NCBI GenBank assembly: GCA_937875395.1
Contig: CALNCU010000173.1
Coordinates: 1-60,610 of the forward strand
Direction: 5' to 3'
Length of the DNA: 60,610 nt
DNA from: an uncultured Armatimonadetes bacterium
GTDB taxonomy: Bacteria > Armatimonadota > UBA5829 > DTJY01
Within the stretch, counting starts at the first letter, position 1. Each line of letters opens with the position of its first letter. A program made the position numbers and the translations under genes. Below the pieces are notes generated by a model, which saw only the letters and a program-made list of their open reading frames with translations, did no database searches and had not been told where the DNA came from. Positions 26,259-36,306 of the stretch are shown here, in pieces.

Positions 26259-27260
26259 ATGATGGCTAACCTGTTTAATAAATTGATATATTCTGCGGCC
26301 CTTGCCGCCCTTATTTTAACTGCATCAGCAGCAAACGCGGGCGATCTCTCTGCAGATGAATATCTTTCCCTTAAGAGATCATCCGGCGCATCTGCATCTA
26401 TGCTCTCTGCAGCAAAGAACCATTCTGCCGCCTACATAGGGCGCACGCTTGATCTGGCCGGAGTGGTAAGCGGCGTGGCAAGCATAGGCGGGAATATAAG
26501 CTTTATCTTTGACGTAAACGGCGAGAGCCTTATAATCAGGGCAAAGGAGCTTCCTGAATGCATAGCAAACGGGAGCGCCGTAAGGGCTCTTGTAAAGATA
26601 GGGCCGGAGTCCGTTGCCGGGCTTACGGATTTAGAGCTTGTGTGCGCGCTTTATGAGCACTCTGTAAGCGCCCGGGAAAAGGAACTGAAGGAACTGGCAG
26701 AGAAGAAGGCTGCCTCTGCAAAGCGGCGGGTTGATCGTACATCCAGCCCCAAAACACTCCGCTCTGCCGGAAGCGGGCGGGGAGCCAGACTCTCCAGCCG
26801 CGCCATGCAGGTATACGATCCGTACAGGCTGGCCGTAGCCTCTTTTAATCCAAACCTTTCAAGCGCACAGGTAGAAGAGATTACAAAGAGCATCCTTGCT
26901 TATAGTGAAAAGTACGGAGTAGACCCCAGGCTTGTCATAGCCCTGATAATAGCCGAATCCGGGTTCAGGCCAAACGCCACATCTCGCGCAGGCGCGCAGG
27001 GTTTGTGCCAGCTTATGCCAGGAACGGCGAGGGGGCTTGGGGTGAAGAATGCCTATGACCCGGAGCAGAATATACAGGGGTCCATAAAACTTATAAAGGG
27101 CCACCTGGATAAGTACGGCGACCTTGCCCTTGCGCTCTCCGCTTACAATGCGGGGGCAGGGGCCGTTAAAAAGCACGGCGGAGTCCCCCCTTATAAAGAG
27201 ACTCGCAACTATATACGCAAGGTTACGCAAATCTACAATGCTCTTTGCGGGAAAAAGTAA
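26259..27260 (+). CDS. lytic transglycosylase (SLT domain) with N-terminal extension
   Basis: Signal peptide; IIAESGF, GLCQLMP, AYNAG and ETRNY motifs. Confidence 0.9.
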   Translation: MMANLFNKLIYSAALAALILTASAANAGDLSADEYLSLKRSSGASASMLSAAKNHSAAYIGRTLDLAGVVSGVASIGGNISFIFDVNGESLIIRAKELPECIANGSAVRALVKIGPESVAGLTDLELVCALYEHSVSAREKELKELAEKKAASAKRRVDRTSSPKTLRSAGSGRGARLSSRAMQVYDPYRLAVASFNPNLSSAQVEEITKSILAYSEKYGVDPRLVIALIIAESGFRPNATSRAGAQGLCQLMPGTARGLGVKNAYDPEQNIQGSIKLIKGHLDKYGDLALALSAYNAGAGAVKKHGGVPPYKETRNYIRKVTQIYNALCGKK

Positions 27261-27263
27261 CCT

Positions 27264-28022
27264 CTACTCTTCCGGGAAGTTGGAACGCCCCAGGAAATCC
27301 CTAAGTCTCTTATTCTCTTTGTAATCCCTGTACTGCTTAAGCAGGCCCGCACCCTGCCTTTGCCTGTCCGGATCAACATAGATTATATGTCCGCCGGGCA
27401 TATTGCCGTGCCGGAACCCTTCCCTGATCCGTTTTACATAAAGGTAGGAGAATGCGCATCCCAGAAGCGCAAATATTCCCATAACAGGACTCATGCTCCC
27501 GTATGCCGCAAATACAAACACAATATCAATAAGCGCAAGGTACTTAAGTTTTAAGGGGATTACAAAGAAGAAGAGGATTGTCTCCTCCGGGTTTCTCATG
27601 GCAAAAGCAATGGTTGCTCCGGCCAGCGGAAGCCAGAGGCCCGCAAGCACCACCGGCTGCCCGGTGATTAGGGTTCCAAGGTAGAACCCAATAGCCGTAA
27701 CAGCAGACATAAGGAAGAAGTATATAGAAAAGCTGCGCGTGCCCCATGACCTTTCCAGCGCGCCCCCCGCAACCCAGAGCCAGTAGCCCGCAAAGAGCAG
27801 GGAGATTACATCGCCCGCTGCAAGGAGCGGGTACGTAAAGACAGTCCACGGAGCAAGAAAGAGGGAAGGCGTGTAGAAGCTGAGGTAGTTTTTAACAGCG
27901 CCTACCCTGAAAATTATAAGGAATAAAGTAAGTACGTTTGCCAGGATTATAAGCTTTACTGCCGGGATGCCGTCCCTTATGAGCCAATCCTTAACGTCTT
28001 CAACGGTATATCTGCTTTGCAT
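27264..28022 (-). CDS. rhomboid-fold membrane protein lacking the catalytic dyad
   Basis: PWTVFTY, LERSWG and FAMRNPE..I.FFFVIPLK motifs; no GxSG or AHxxG. Start ATG 28022 after GGAGG. Confidence 0.7.
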   Translation of the reverse strand: MQSRYTVEDVKDWLIRDGIPAVKLIILANVLTLFLIIFRVGAVKNYLSFYTPSLFLAPWTVFTYPLLAAGDVISLLFAGYWLWVAGGALERSWGTRSFSIYFFLMSAVTAIGFYLGTLITGQPVVLAGLWLPLAGATIAFAMRNPEETILFFFVIPLKLKYLALIDIVFVFAAYGSMSPVMGIFALLGCAFSYLYVKRIREGFRHGNMPGGHIIYVDPDRQRQGAGLLKQYRDYKENKRLRDFLGRSNFPEE

Positions 28023-28255
28023 GTCTGCGCCTCCTCTACATATCATTCCCAACCGCCAGCCAAAAGACACCTCTCAAGTCAGAAATAAATTTGGTATTCC
28101 GCCAAAAAATTTTAATGGCCGGCAAAGCTTAGGCAACGGCTTATGGGCCGAAGCATCATCCTGGGAGTTGCTGCCTCTGGAATAAGGCGCGTACTGTTTG
28201 AACACAAGCGGGTTATGCGCCAAAATGGAGATACCCTGTTCAAATTTACAGGCCA

Positions 28256-29170
28256 TTAATGCGCGCCCAGAATTACAAGCGTAAGCGGAATTGCGGCTAT
28301 GCTCAGGATGGTGGAAACAAAGACTACCCCGGCCACAAACCGCTCATTAGCGCCAAACTTTGAGGCCACCACGCAGGCCATGACGGCGCTTGGCATACCG
28401 GATTCAAGCACCATAACGGTCTGCACCTGCCCCGCTATACCGGTAGCCCGCGCCGCATAAAACGTTATTACCGGCAGCAGCGCAAGCTTTAACGCGCATG
28501 CAGTAAATACGGGGAGCGCAAGCCCTTTTATAGACCTTGCCGAAAGGGACAGCCCTAGAGAGATCATGGCAAGGGGAACTGTACCCGCCGCCAGATACTG
28601 TATGGTTTTAGTAACGGGTTCCGGGATATTGTACGGCCTGACAAGCAGTGCAAGGGGTATTACCCACACCGCCGGCGCGGATGCAAGTTTTAACACGGAT
28701 TTTGCTTCTGCCCTGGCCCCTGCAAAGGATGCTGCAATAAAAGTGCCCAGGGTGTAAAGAGGAAAGGCCATTGCAAGCTCATCATAGAGGGCGGCGGTTA
28801 TAAGTGCATCCTGGCCAAAGGCCGCCTGAACCACCGGATATCCCAGAAATCCGGTGTTCCCAAACCCGGCCGCAAGTATAAACCCGCCCAGCGTGGGCCT
28901 GTCCAGCTTAAACATGCGCCCTATGATATATGCTGCTATAAGTACAACAATTATCATGCCCAGCCCCACAAACGGGACCTTGGCAATAGACGGCGGGAGC
29001 CCTGCCCGGTGCCTGTAGATGGCCTCAAAGACAAAGCATGGGAGTGTAAGGTAGATAATAACCGTGGTAAGAACGCCGGTATCTTCCTGTTTAAGCAGGC
29101 GCAGTTTCTTTATGCCGTATCCCAGAAACATGAGCAGGAATACGGGGAAAACCGAATTGGCAATACTCAA
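28256..29170 (-). CDS. AEC (auxin efflux carrier) family transporter
   Basis: YLTLPC, FGNTGFLGYP, KLALLP and MPSA motifs; ten TMs. Confidence 0.9.
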   Translation of the reverse strand: MSIANSVFPVFLLMFLGYGIKKLRLLKQEDTGVLTTVIIYLTLPCFVFEAIYRHRAGLPPSIAKVPFVGLGMIIVVLIAAYIIGRMFKLDRPTLGGFILAAGFGNTGFLGYPVVQAAFGQDALITAALYDELAMAFPLYTLGTFIAASFAGARAEAKSVLKLASAPAVWVIPLALLVRPYNIPEPVTKTIQYLAAGTVPLAMISLGLSLSARSIKGLALPVFTACALKLALLPVITFYAARATGIAGQVQTVMVLESGMPSAVMACVVASKFGANERFVAGVVFVSTILSIAAIPLTLVILGAH

Positions 29171-29185
29171 GACTATCCCCTATGC

Positions 29186-29217
29186 AAAAGCTGCCCCGGC
29201 ACATATACCGGAGCAGC
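29186..29217 (-). terminator. intrinsic terminator after pyrG
   Basis: GCTGCTCCGG-loop-CCGGGGCAGC followed by TTTT on the minus strand. Confidence 0.6.
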
Positions 29218-29279
29218 CAGAGATTGTTGTTTAAGGGATGCAGGCGCGAGCCTTTGCACCCGCGTTCTAATCCCGTATA

Positions 29280-30887
29280 TTATTTGCTGTTCTTAAAAGC
29301 TACGGCTGCTTTTACAAGCCCTTTGAACAGGGGATGAGCCCTGTTTGGCCTGGATTTAAACTCCGGGTGGAACTGCGTTGCAATAAAGAACGGATGCCCG
29401 GGGAGTTCTATAATCTCTATCAGCTTGTTATCCGGCGATATGCCGCTAAAGACCAGGCCGGCATCTGAGAGCGCCTGGCGGTAGGAGTTGTTAACCTCAA
29501 AGCGGTGCCTGTGCCGCTCGTATATAAGCTCGCTGCCGTAGATATCCCATGCAAGCGTGCCCTCTGTTATGCGGCAGGGCCAAAGTCCCAGGCGCATGGT
29601 TCCGCCCTTTGACCTTACGTGCTCTTGATCTGGCATTATGTGGATTACCTGGTGCTTTGCAGAATCATCTACCTCTTCCGTGGTAGCGCCGCGTATTTTG
29701 CAGACGTTTCTGGCAAACTCTATAACCGCCATCTGCAGCCCAAAACAGAGTCCAAGGTAAGGAACCTTGTTCTCTCTGGCAAAGTTTATGGCGTTTATTT
29801 TGCCTTCCGTTCCGCGGGCGCCGAACCCTCCGGCCACTATAACGGCATCTGAATCTTTAAGATGCTTTTCTACGCCGTCGTTCTCTAAATCTTCTGTATC
29901 TACCCAGTTTACCTCTATGCCGGTATCGTTTGCTATTCCGCCGTGCTTTACGGCCTCTTCTACGCTTATGTAGGCGTCTCCGTTGGCTACGTACTTGCCC
30001 ACAATTGATACCTTAATCTGGTTTTTGGGGTAGAGCACCTTATCAACAATGGCCTGCCACTCGGCAGTCTCCGGCTTTCTATCAGGAAGATGCAGGCGCC
30101 TTACCACCTGCTCCGCCAGGCCTTCTTTTTCATATACAAGAGGAATCTCGTAGATGCATTTTGTATCCAGCGCAGAGATGATGGCTTCTTTATCTACGTC
30201 GCAGAAGAGGGATATCTTCTCTTTCATTTCATCGTTCAAGGGCAGTTTGGAGCGGCAGATAAGGATATCCGGCTGGATTCCTATCTCCCTTAGCTTTATA
30301 ACGCTGTGCTGGGTGGGCTTTGTTTTTATCTCTCCCCAGGGGCCTACAAACGGGATAAGGGTTACGTGGATGTAGAGAACGTTCTCTGCGCCTGCATCTT
30401 TTTTAAACTGGCGGATGGCTTCCATGAAGGGCTGCCCTTCTATGTCTCCCACTGTGCCGCCGAGTTCTACTATGGCTACGTCTGCATCAGCTTTCACAGG
30501 CGCGCTTTTGATTATGGATTTTATTTCGTCCGTTATGTGCGGAATTACCTGCACAGTTGCTCCAAGGTAGCTCCCGGTGCGCTCTTTTTCTATAACGGCA
30601 TGGTAGATGCGTCCGGTGGTTACGTTAGATTCGCGGGTAAGGTCTTCATCTATAAATCGCTCGTAGTTTCCAAGGTCCAGGTCTGTCTCTGCGCCGTCGT
30701 TTGTTACAAAGACTTCACCGTGCTGGAAGGGGTTCATAGTGCCCGCATCCACGTTTAGATAAGGGTCTATCTTCTGCATGTTAACCTTGAAGCCCCGGTT
30801 CTTAAGGAGCCTGCCCAGCGATGATGCAGTTATCCCCTTTCCTATGGATGATACAACTCCACCCGTCACAAATATGTATTTTGTCAT
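29280..30887 (-). CDS. pyrG: CTP synthase
   Basis: KYIFVTGGVVSSIGKG, DPYLNVD, GLCFG, ERHRHR and QFHPE motifs. Confidence 0.98.
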   Translation of the reverse strand: MTKYIFVTGGVVSSIGKGITASSLGRLLKNRGFKVNMQKIDPYLNVDAGTMNPFQHGEVFVTNDGAETDLDLGNYERFIDEDLTRESNVTTGRIYHAVIEKERTGSYLGATVQVIPHITDEIKSIIKSAPVKADADVAIVELGGTVGDIEGQPFMEAIRQFKKDAGAENVLYIHVTLIPFVGPWGEIKTKPTQHSVIKLREIGIQPDILICRSKLPLNDEMKEKISLFCDVDKEAIISALDTKCIYEIPLVYEKEGLAEQVVRRLHLPDRKPETAEWQAIVDKVLYPKNQIKVSIVGKYVANGDAYISVEEAVKHGGIANDTGIEVNWVDTEDLENDGVEKHLKDSDAVIVAGGFGARGTEGKINAINFARENKVPYLGLCFGLQMAVIEFARNVCKIRGATTEEVDDSAKHQVIHIMPDQEHVRSKGGTMRLGLWPCRITEGTLAWDIYGSELIYERHRHRFEVNNSYRQALSDAGLVFSGISPDNKLIEIIELPGHPFFIATQFHPEFKSRPNRAHPLFKGLVKAAVAFKNSK

Positions 30888-30924
30888 TCCAAATGCCCCC
30901 GTGTTGCTTAAATAAAATATAGAT

Positions 30925-31704
30925 CTATCTGATAATCAGGTTGCCCCGTCCAATCTTCTTTGCATTTTTTATAAGTCCGGCTACAAAATCTTTTGCAAAT
31001 TCAGACGCCGCCGGCACATCATCCCCCAAGGCTATCCGCGCTGCAATGGCGGCGGAGAGGGCGCAACCGGTACCGTGCACCGGCCTGCCTTCTATCCGCT
31101 CACCCGGAAACTCTGCCTGCAAGCCTTCTCCAAAAAGGGTGTCTACCGGTGTGCCCTCCAGGTGCCCGCCTTTAACAAGAACCCATGGCACACCCATATC
31201 AAGAATTGCGTTTGCGGCGGATTTTAAGTCTGCATGACTCTTTATTTTTACGCCAGACAGGATTTCTGCCTCTGGAACGTTTGGCGTCACCATAAGTACA
31301 CGGGGGATAAGAAACCGTTTCATGCGTTTCACCCCGGTGGCGGAAAGGAGCGTTGTGCCATCTTTTGCGGCTATCACTGGGTCAAGCACCACGTTTTGTA
31401 TCTTCCGCCGGTGCACCCTCTCTGCCACTGTCTCTACGGCCTGATGGGAGAGGAGCATCCCTATCTTGCAGGCGTCCGTTCCAATATCGCGCATAACGGA
31501 ATCTATCTGCGCCGCAATTATTGTCTGCGGCAGCTTGTAGACTTTCTGCACGCCAAGTGTATTCTGCGCAGTTACCGATGCTATTACAGAGGTGCCGTAG
31601 ACTCCCAGCTTTTCAAAAATCTTAAGGTCCAGCTGAATACCCGCCCCGGCGCTTGGATCTGAGCCGGCTATGGTTAAAACGCGGCGTATCCTCTGCTCTT
31701 GCAT
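30925..31704 (-). CDS. thiD: hydroxymethylpyrimidine/phosphomethylpyrimidine kinase
   Basis: LTIAGSDPSAGAGIQ, TAQNT, TPN, KGGH and HGTGC motifs. Confidence 0.93.
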   Translation of the reverse strand: MQEQRIRRVLTIAGSDPSAGAGIQLDLKIFEKLGVYGTSVIASVTAQNTLGVQKVYKLPQTIIAAQIDSVMRDIGTDACKIGMLLSHQAVETVAERVHRRKIQNVVLDPVIAAKDGTTLLSATGVKRMKRFLIPRVLMVTPNVPEAEILSGVKIKSHADLKSAANAILDMGVPWVLVKGGHLEGTPVDTLFGEGLQAEFPGERIEGRPVHGTGCALSAAIAARIALGDDVPAASEFAKDFVAGLIKNAKKIGRGNLIIR

Positions 31705-31707
31705 CCT

Positions 31708-32514
31708 TTACCGGCCCATCACGCAAGGGTTTTGAAGCATCTCGCCAAGGTCTTCTACCGTAAATGTGGGCTTCATATCCAGCGGGGCCGCCTCCATCTC
31801 TTCTTTTGTAGAGATGCCTGTAAGCACAAAGACTGTTATGGTTCCCGCGCGGTTGCCTACAAGGATATCTGTTTCAAGCCTGTCGCCCACCATAACCGTT
31901 TCTTTGGGCGCGGCTTTGGCAATCTTTAGAAGCTCCTGTATTGCGGGCATGGCGGGTTTGCCTATGACTGTTGGTTCTACGCCTGCAGCCGTTTGTATGG
32001 CGGCCACAATAGATCCGCCGCCCGGCGCAAGGGCGCCTGCCTCAAGGGGCAGGGTGGAATCTGTGTTGGTGGCAATAAATTTTGCACCAGAGAGGATTGC
32101 CTGCTGCGCCTTGTTTAGCTTATCGTACGTAAACCCTCTGTCCAGACCGGCAACAACGTAATCTACCTTTTTCCCTATAGGATCGTCCACAAGAGTCATG
32201 CCTATGTGGGAGAGTTCCTGCTTGAGCCCGTACTCGCCAACTGCGTAGGCGGTTTTGCCCCCTGCATCCTGTTCATTTAGATACAGAGCGGCGGCATAGG
32301 CAGAGGTCATAACGTGATCTTCATCTGTAATAACGTTCATATTGCGAAGTTTTTCCACAAAGGAAGTGCGGGACTTGGTGGCGTTATTGGTGAAGAAGTA
32401 CACCTGGTGGCCAAGCTGCCCCAGGGTTTTTATAGTGGCGACGGCGCTGGGAATAGGATCGTTCCCGCGGTAGACCACTCCGTCAAGATCAAAGACGAAG
32501 GTTCTAACAGACAA
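31708..32514 (-). CDS. HAD-IIA (NagD-like) phosphatase
   Basis: FDLDGV, TNNA, IGKP and VGDRLETDI motifs. Confidence 0.92.
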   Translation of the reverse strand: MSVRTFVFDLDGVVYRGNDPIPSAVATIKTLGQLGHQVYFFTNNATKSRTSFVEKLRNMNVITDEDHVMTSAYAAALYLNEQDAGGKTAYAVGEYGLKQELSHIGMTLVDDPIGKKVDYVVAGLDRGFTYDKLNKAQQAILSGAKFIATNTDSTLPLEAGALAPGGGSIVAAIQTAAGVEPTVIGKPAMPAIQELLKIAKAAPKETVMVGDRLETDILVGNRAGTITVFVLTGISTKEEMEAAPLDMKPTFTVEDLGEMLQNPCVMGR

Positions 32515-32599
32515 GTGAACCCACCTTTCGTAAATTGCTCACTAATTTTAACACAGGTCTTAGCTCATCGTCAATGTGAATTCTGCTGCTCCCAGTTGT

Positions 32600-32628
32600 T
32601 TGACATGTATTCTAACTGATTGTATAAT
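32600..32628 (+). promoter_or_regulatory. consensus sigma70 promoter of the thi operon
   Basis: TTGACA-N17-TATAAT. Confidence 0.85.
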
Positions 32629-32647
32629 AGCTTTTACATAATATAAT

Positions 32648-32740
32648 ATTGCACAAGGGAGCTCATGTTATGGGCTGAGAGTGGGCTGTTAAGCACCAGA
32701 CCTTTTGACCTGATCGGGATAATGCCCGCGTAGGAAGGCT
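32648..32740 (+). ncRNA. TPP riboswitch aptamer
   Basis: GGGAGC...GGCTGAGA...GACC...ACCTGATCGGGATAATGCCCGCGTAGGAA core, upstream of thiS. Confidence 0.95.
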
Positions 32741-32744
32741 GATG

Positions 32745-32778
32745 AAAGCACATCTAAACGCGGATGTGCTTTTTTTGT
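32745..32778 (+). terminator. riboswitch-controlled terminator
   Basis: AAAGCACATCT-loop-GGATGTGCTTT plus T run. Confidence 0.85.
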
Positions 32779-32797
32779 TTATATGGGAGGTAGAAGG

Positions 32798-32998
32798 GTG
32801 CGTATTTATGTCAACGGCAAAGAGACCCTGGCAGCCGGACAAATGACAGTGGCGGCGCTGGTGGCTCAAAGAGGGCTTGATCAGAATAAAGTTGTGGTAG
32901 AGCATAACCTGGCTGTTGTACCAAAGGAAGAGTGGTCCAAGTTGGTGCTGGCAGATGGGGATAAGCTGGAGATAGTCTCTTTTGTGGGAGGGGGGTAA
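32798..32998 (+). CDS. thiS: sulfur carrier protein ThiS
   Basis: 66 aa ending FVGGG; GTG start after GGAGG. Confidence 0.95.
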   Translation: MRIYVNGKETLAAGQMTVAALVAQRGLDQNKVVVEHNLAVVPKEEWSKLVLADGDKLEIVSFVGGG

Positions 32999-33001
32999 GT
33001 T

Positions 33002-33793
33002 ATGCCGGATACACTAAAGATTGGCGGCAGGGAACTTACAAGCCGCCTGTTTCTGGGCACCGGCAAGTTTGCCGGCAACAAGTTGATCTCCGGTGTGGTG
33101 AATGCCTCCGGGGTGCAGGTTATAACTGTGGCGGTCAGGCGTGTGGATACATCTTTTGCCGAAGAAAACATCTTAACCTATATACCGGAGGATTGCATCC
33201 TTATGCCTAACACATCCGGCGCCCGGAATGCCAAAGAAGCGGTGCGCATAGCCAGGCTGGCACGGGCCGCCGGATGCGGCAACTGGATTAAGATAGAAGT
33301 TATCTCAGATAACCGGTACCTGCTGCCGGATAACCATGAGACTATCAAAGCCACAGAGATGCTATCGGCAGAAGGCTTTATAGTGCTCCCTTACATGAGC
33401 CCTGATCTAATGGATGCAAGACGACTTGCAGATGCTGGCGCGGCGGCGGTTATGCCGCTGGGCGCCCCAATAGGCACCAATCGCGGGCTAAGGACAGGGG
33501 AGCTTATCCGCATACTTATTGAAGAAATTCCGCTGCCTATTATAGTAGATGCCGGAATAGGCAGGCCGTCGGAGGCGGCAGAGGCCATGGAGATGGGCGC
33601 CGCCGCCGTGCTGGTTAATACGGCAATCGCCACTGCAGATGACCCTGTGGCAATGGGCCGGGCCTTTGGCATGGCGGTGGCTGCGGGGCGCATGGCATAC
33701 CTCTCCGGGCCCGGTGCGGTTCAACAGTGCGCCAGCGCCTCTTCGCCGCTTACCGGTTTTCTATCACAGGAAGGCTGCAATGAGCTTTCTTAA
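33002..33793 (+). CDS. thiG: thiazole synthase ThiG
   Basis: [28 protein letters not shown] and DAGIG motifs. Confidence 0.97.
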   Translation: MPDTLKIGGRELTSRLFLGTGKFAGNKLISGVVNASGVQVITVAVRRVDTSFAEENILTYIPEDCILMPNTSGARNAKEAVRIARLARAAGCGNWIKIEVISDNRYLLPDNHETIKATEMLSAEGFIVLPYMSPDLMDARRLADAGAAAVMPLGAPIGTNRGLRTGELIRILIEEIPLPIIVDAGIGRPSEAAEAMEMGAAAVLVNTAIATADDPVAMGRAFGMAVAAGRMAYLSGPGAVQQCASASSPLTGFLSQEGCNELS

Positions 33794-34880
33794 AATAATA
33801 GAAGAGTACCAGGATTTTAATATAGACGCCTTTTTTGACCGCGTAACAGAGGCCGGCGTCCGGCGGGCAATAGGGCAAGACAGGCTGAGTGCAATGGACT
33901 ATCTGACGCTGCTCTCTCCCAGGGCGGAGTCCTGCCTGGAGGAGATGGCTCAAAAGGCTCATCGTTTAACAGTTCAGCACTTTGGACGCACCATGCTGCT
34001 GTTTACGCCCATCTATACAGCCAATTACTGTGTCAACCGTTGCCTGTATTGTAGCTTTAACGCCGGCAACAAGCTGCATCGCACAAAGCTTACTCCAAAG
34101 GAGGTTTCCGCAGAGGCAGAGATTATTGCTGCTACCGGCCTTAAGCATATATTGCTTTTAACCGGGGAATCCCGGCAGCATACGCCGGTATCTTACATAA
34201 AGGATTGCGTCCGGTTGCTTAAACGCCGCTTTACATCCATAAGCATAGAGATATATCCGCTTAACCGGGAGGAGTACAGTGAGCTATCTGAAGCCGGGGT
34301 GGACGGCCTTACACTCTACCAGGAGACTTATGATAGAGATGCCTACGCCTGCCTTCACCCATCCGGGCCCAAACGGGATTACATCTACCGCCTTGACGCC
34401 CCGGAACGCGGCTGCCGGGGAGGTATGCGCAGCGTGAACATAGGCGCGCTCCTGGGCCTCTCCCGGTGGAGGCGGGAGGCCTTCCTTACCGGGCTGCATG
34501 CAGATTACCTGCAAAGCAGCTATCCAGATGTTGAGATAAGCATCTCCCCACCAAGGATGCGCCCGCACCTTGGCGGGTTTCAACCGGCCGTGAATGTTAC
34601 AGATACAAACCTTGTGCAATACGTTACCGCCTTCCGGTTGTTTATGCCCAGAAGCGGCATAACACTCTCAACCCGCGAGCCGGCCGGTCTTCGCAACAAT
34701 ATGACAAAGCTGGGCGTTACAAAGATGTCCGGCGGCACAAGCACCGCGGTAGGCGGCCGGTCTAACGGCAGCGAAGCCGGGCAGTTTAGCATTGCAGATG
34801 AACGGTCTGTGGAGGAGATGGCCAATATGCTCTACAGGCAGGGGTACCAGCCGGTTTTCAAGGACTGGCAGGCGGTTTGA
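33780..34880 (+). CDS. thiH: 2-iminoacetate synthase ThiH (radical SAM)
   Basis: CxxxCxxC (CVNRCLYC), YQETY, LSTRE and QPVFKDW; ATG 33780 overlaps thiG. Confidence 0.95.
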   Translation: MSFLKIIEEYQDFNIDAFFDRVTEAGVRRAIGQDRLSAMDYLTLLSPRAESCLEEMAQKAHRLTVQHFGRTMLLFTPIYTANYCVNRCLYCSFNAGNKLHRTKLTPKEVSAEAEIIAATGLKHILLLTGESRQHTPVSYIKDCVRLLKRRFTSISIEIYPLNREEYSELSEAGVDGLTLYQETYDRDAYACLHPSGPKRDYIYRLDAPERGCRGGMRSVNIGALLGLSRWRREAFLTGLHADYLQSSYPDVEISISPPRMRPHLGGFQPAVNVTDTNLVQYVTAFRLFMPRSGITLSTREPAGLRNNMTKLGVTKMSGGTSTAVGGRSNGSEAGQFSIADERSVEEMANMLYRQGYQPVFKDWQAV

Positions 34881-34943
34881 GCAGGTGGAGCGGACCTCTG
34901 TTCCTGCCCAAAAGCAACCTTTGGCTCAAGGGAGGGAGATTGC

Positions 34944-35561
34944 ATGAACCAGTTTGAGCAGGCCCTGGGCCGGTATTTAAGCCGGGATCAGTTAAAGAAA
35001 ATACGGGCGGTAAAAGTGGGCATAGCCGGCGCGGGAGGATTAGGGTCTAACTGCGCCGCGGCACTGGTGCGTACCGGTTTCCGCCATATCAAGATAGTAG
35101 ATTTTGATACGGTGGATTGCAGCAATCTCAACCGGCAGTTCTATTTTCTGCGGCAGGCAGGCCGCACCAAGGTAGAGGCTCTGCGGGAGAACCTGGCATG
35201 CATAAATCCGGCGGCGGACATAGAGATTCTTCCTGTCAGGATGGAGGCCAAAAACGCGGCGGGACTCTTTGCAGATTGCCACGTGGTGGTAGAGGCCTTA
35301 GACCGGGCGGAATACAAGAAGCTGATAGTAGAGGCATACCTTCCTTCAAACAAGCTGCTGGTGGCGGCCTCAGGACTGGCCGGATGGGGGGATAGCGACC
35401 GGATAAAGGTACACAAAGTGAAAGATAACTTCTACATTATAGGCGATCTATCCACCGGCACAGGCCCGGGTGCGCCGCCCCTGGCCCCCTGCGTATTAAT
35501 AGCCGCCGCCAAACAGGCAGATGTGGTTCTAAGCTGCACGCTGCAAGGAGGATGTGTTTAA
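34944..35561 (+). CDS. thiF: ThiS adenylyltransferase ThiF
   Basis: GAGGLGS and DFDTVDCSNLNRQ motifs; operon context. Confidence 0.92.
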   Translation: MNQFEQALGRYLSRDQLKKIRAVKVGIAGAGGLGSNCAAALVRTGFRHIKIVDFDTVDCSNLNRQFYFLRQAGRTKVEALRENLACINPAADIEILPVRMEAKNAAGLFADCHVVVEALDRAEYKKLIVEAYLPSNKLLVAASGLAGWGDSDRIKVHKVKDNFYIIGDLSTGTGPGAPPLAPCVLIAAAKQADVVLSCTLQGGCV

Positions 35562-36212
35562 GTGAAATATAGATCAAACCTAAGCAACTTCCTGGCCACA
35601 GATATCTACGGCATAACGGCGGATGAATACTCCCGCGGCCGCGGCAATGTAGAGACAGTACGGCAGATGGTGGAGGCCGGCATCAAGGTAATACAGTACC
35701 GGGAGAAGCATAAATCCGCCCGGCAGATGTACCAGGAGTGCACAGCCATCAGAGAGATTACCCGCAGGTGCGGCATCACCTTTATTGTAAACGATCACAT
35801 AGACCTGGCTGTAAGTGTGTGCGCCGACGGTGTTCACATAGGGCAGGACGATCTCCCCCCGCAAGAGGTACGCCGGCTGGCAGGGGATGAAATGATCATA
35901 GGCCTCTCCACCCACTCGCCCGCACAGGCACGGGCCGCATCAGATATAGCCGGCATCATAGACTATATAGGGGTAGGCCCCATCTTTGCAACAAGAACCA
36001 AAAGGGACGTCTGCCGCCCGGTGGGTCTTGCGTATCTTGAGTATGTTGCAAATAACATAAGCCTCCCCTTTGTGGCAATCGGCGGTATCAAGGAACACAA
36101 CATAAGGCTTGTGCGTGCCGGGGGCGCCGGAATTATCTCGCTTGTAACAGAGATTGTGGGCGCCCCGGATATACCGGCCAAAGTGAGTGCGTTAAGGGCA
36201 GTGCTTTCTTAA
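35562..36212 (+). CDS. thiE: thiamine phosphate synthase
   Basis: QYREK, VNDH, GVHIGQDD, STHS and AIGGI motifs. Confidence 0.95.
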   Translation: MKYRSNLSNFLATDIYGITADEYSRGRGNVETVRQMVEAGIKVIQYREKHKSARQMYQECTAIREITRRCGITFIVNDHIDLAVSVCADGVHIGQDDLPPQEVRRLAGDEMIIGLSTHSPAQARAASDIAGIIDYIGVGPIFATRTKRDVCRPVGLAYLEYVANNISLPFVAIGGIKEHNIRLVRAGGAGIISLVTEIVGAPDIPAKVSALRAVLS

Positions 36213-36306
36213 AAGATAGACTATTTACAAACCTGTGCCATAATGCTAAGATAGCTGCCGTACGCTAGTAAGCTTAAATACATATCAAGCAAAAAGGGGG
36301 CATGCC

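Noticed and set aside
28074-28256. 60-aa ORF coupled by TAATG to the AEC gene
   Set aside because: No recognisable motif or SD, and it spans the likely promoter region of the next gene.
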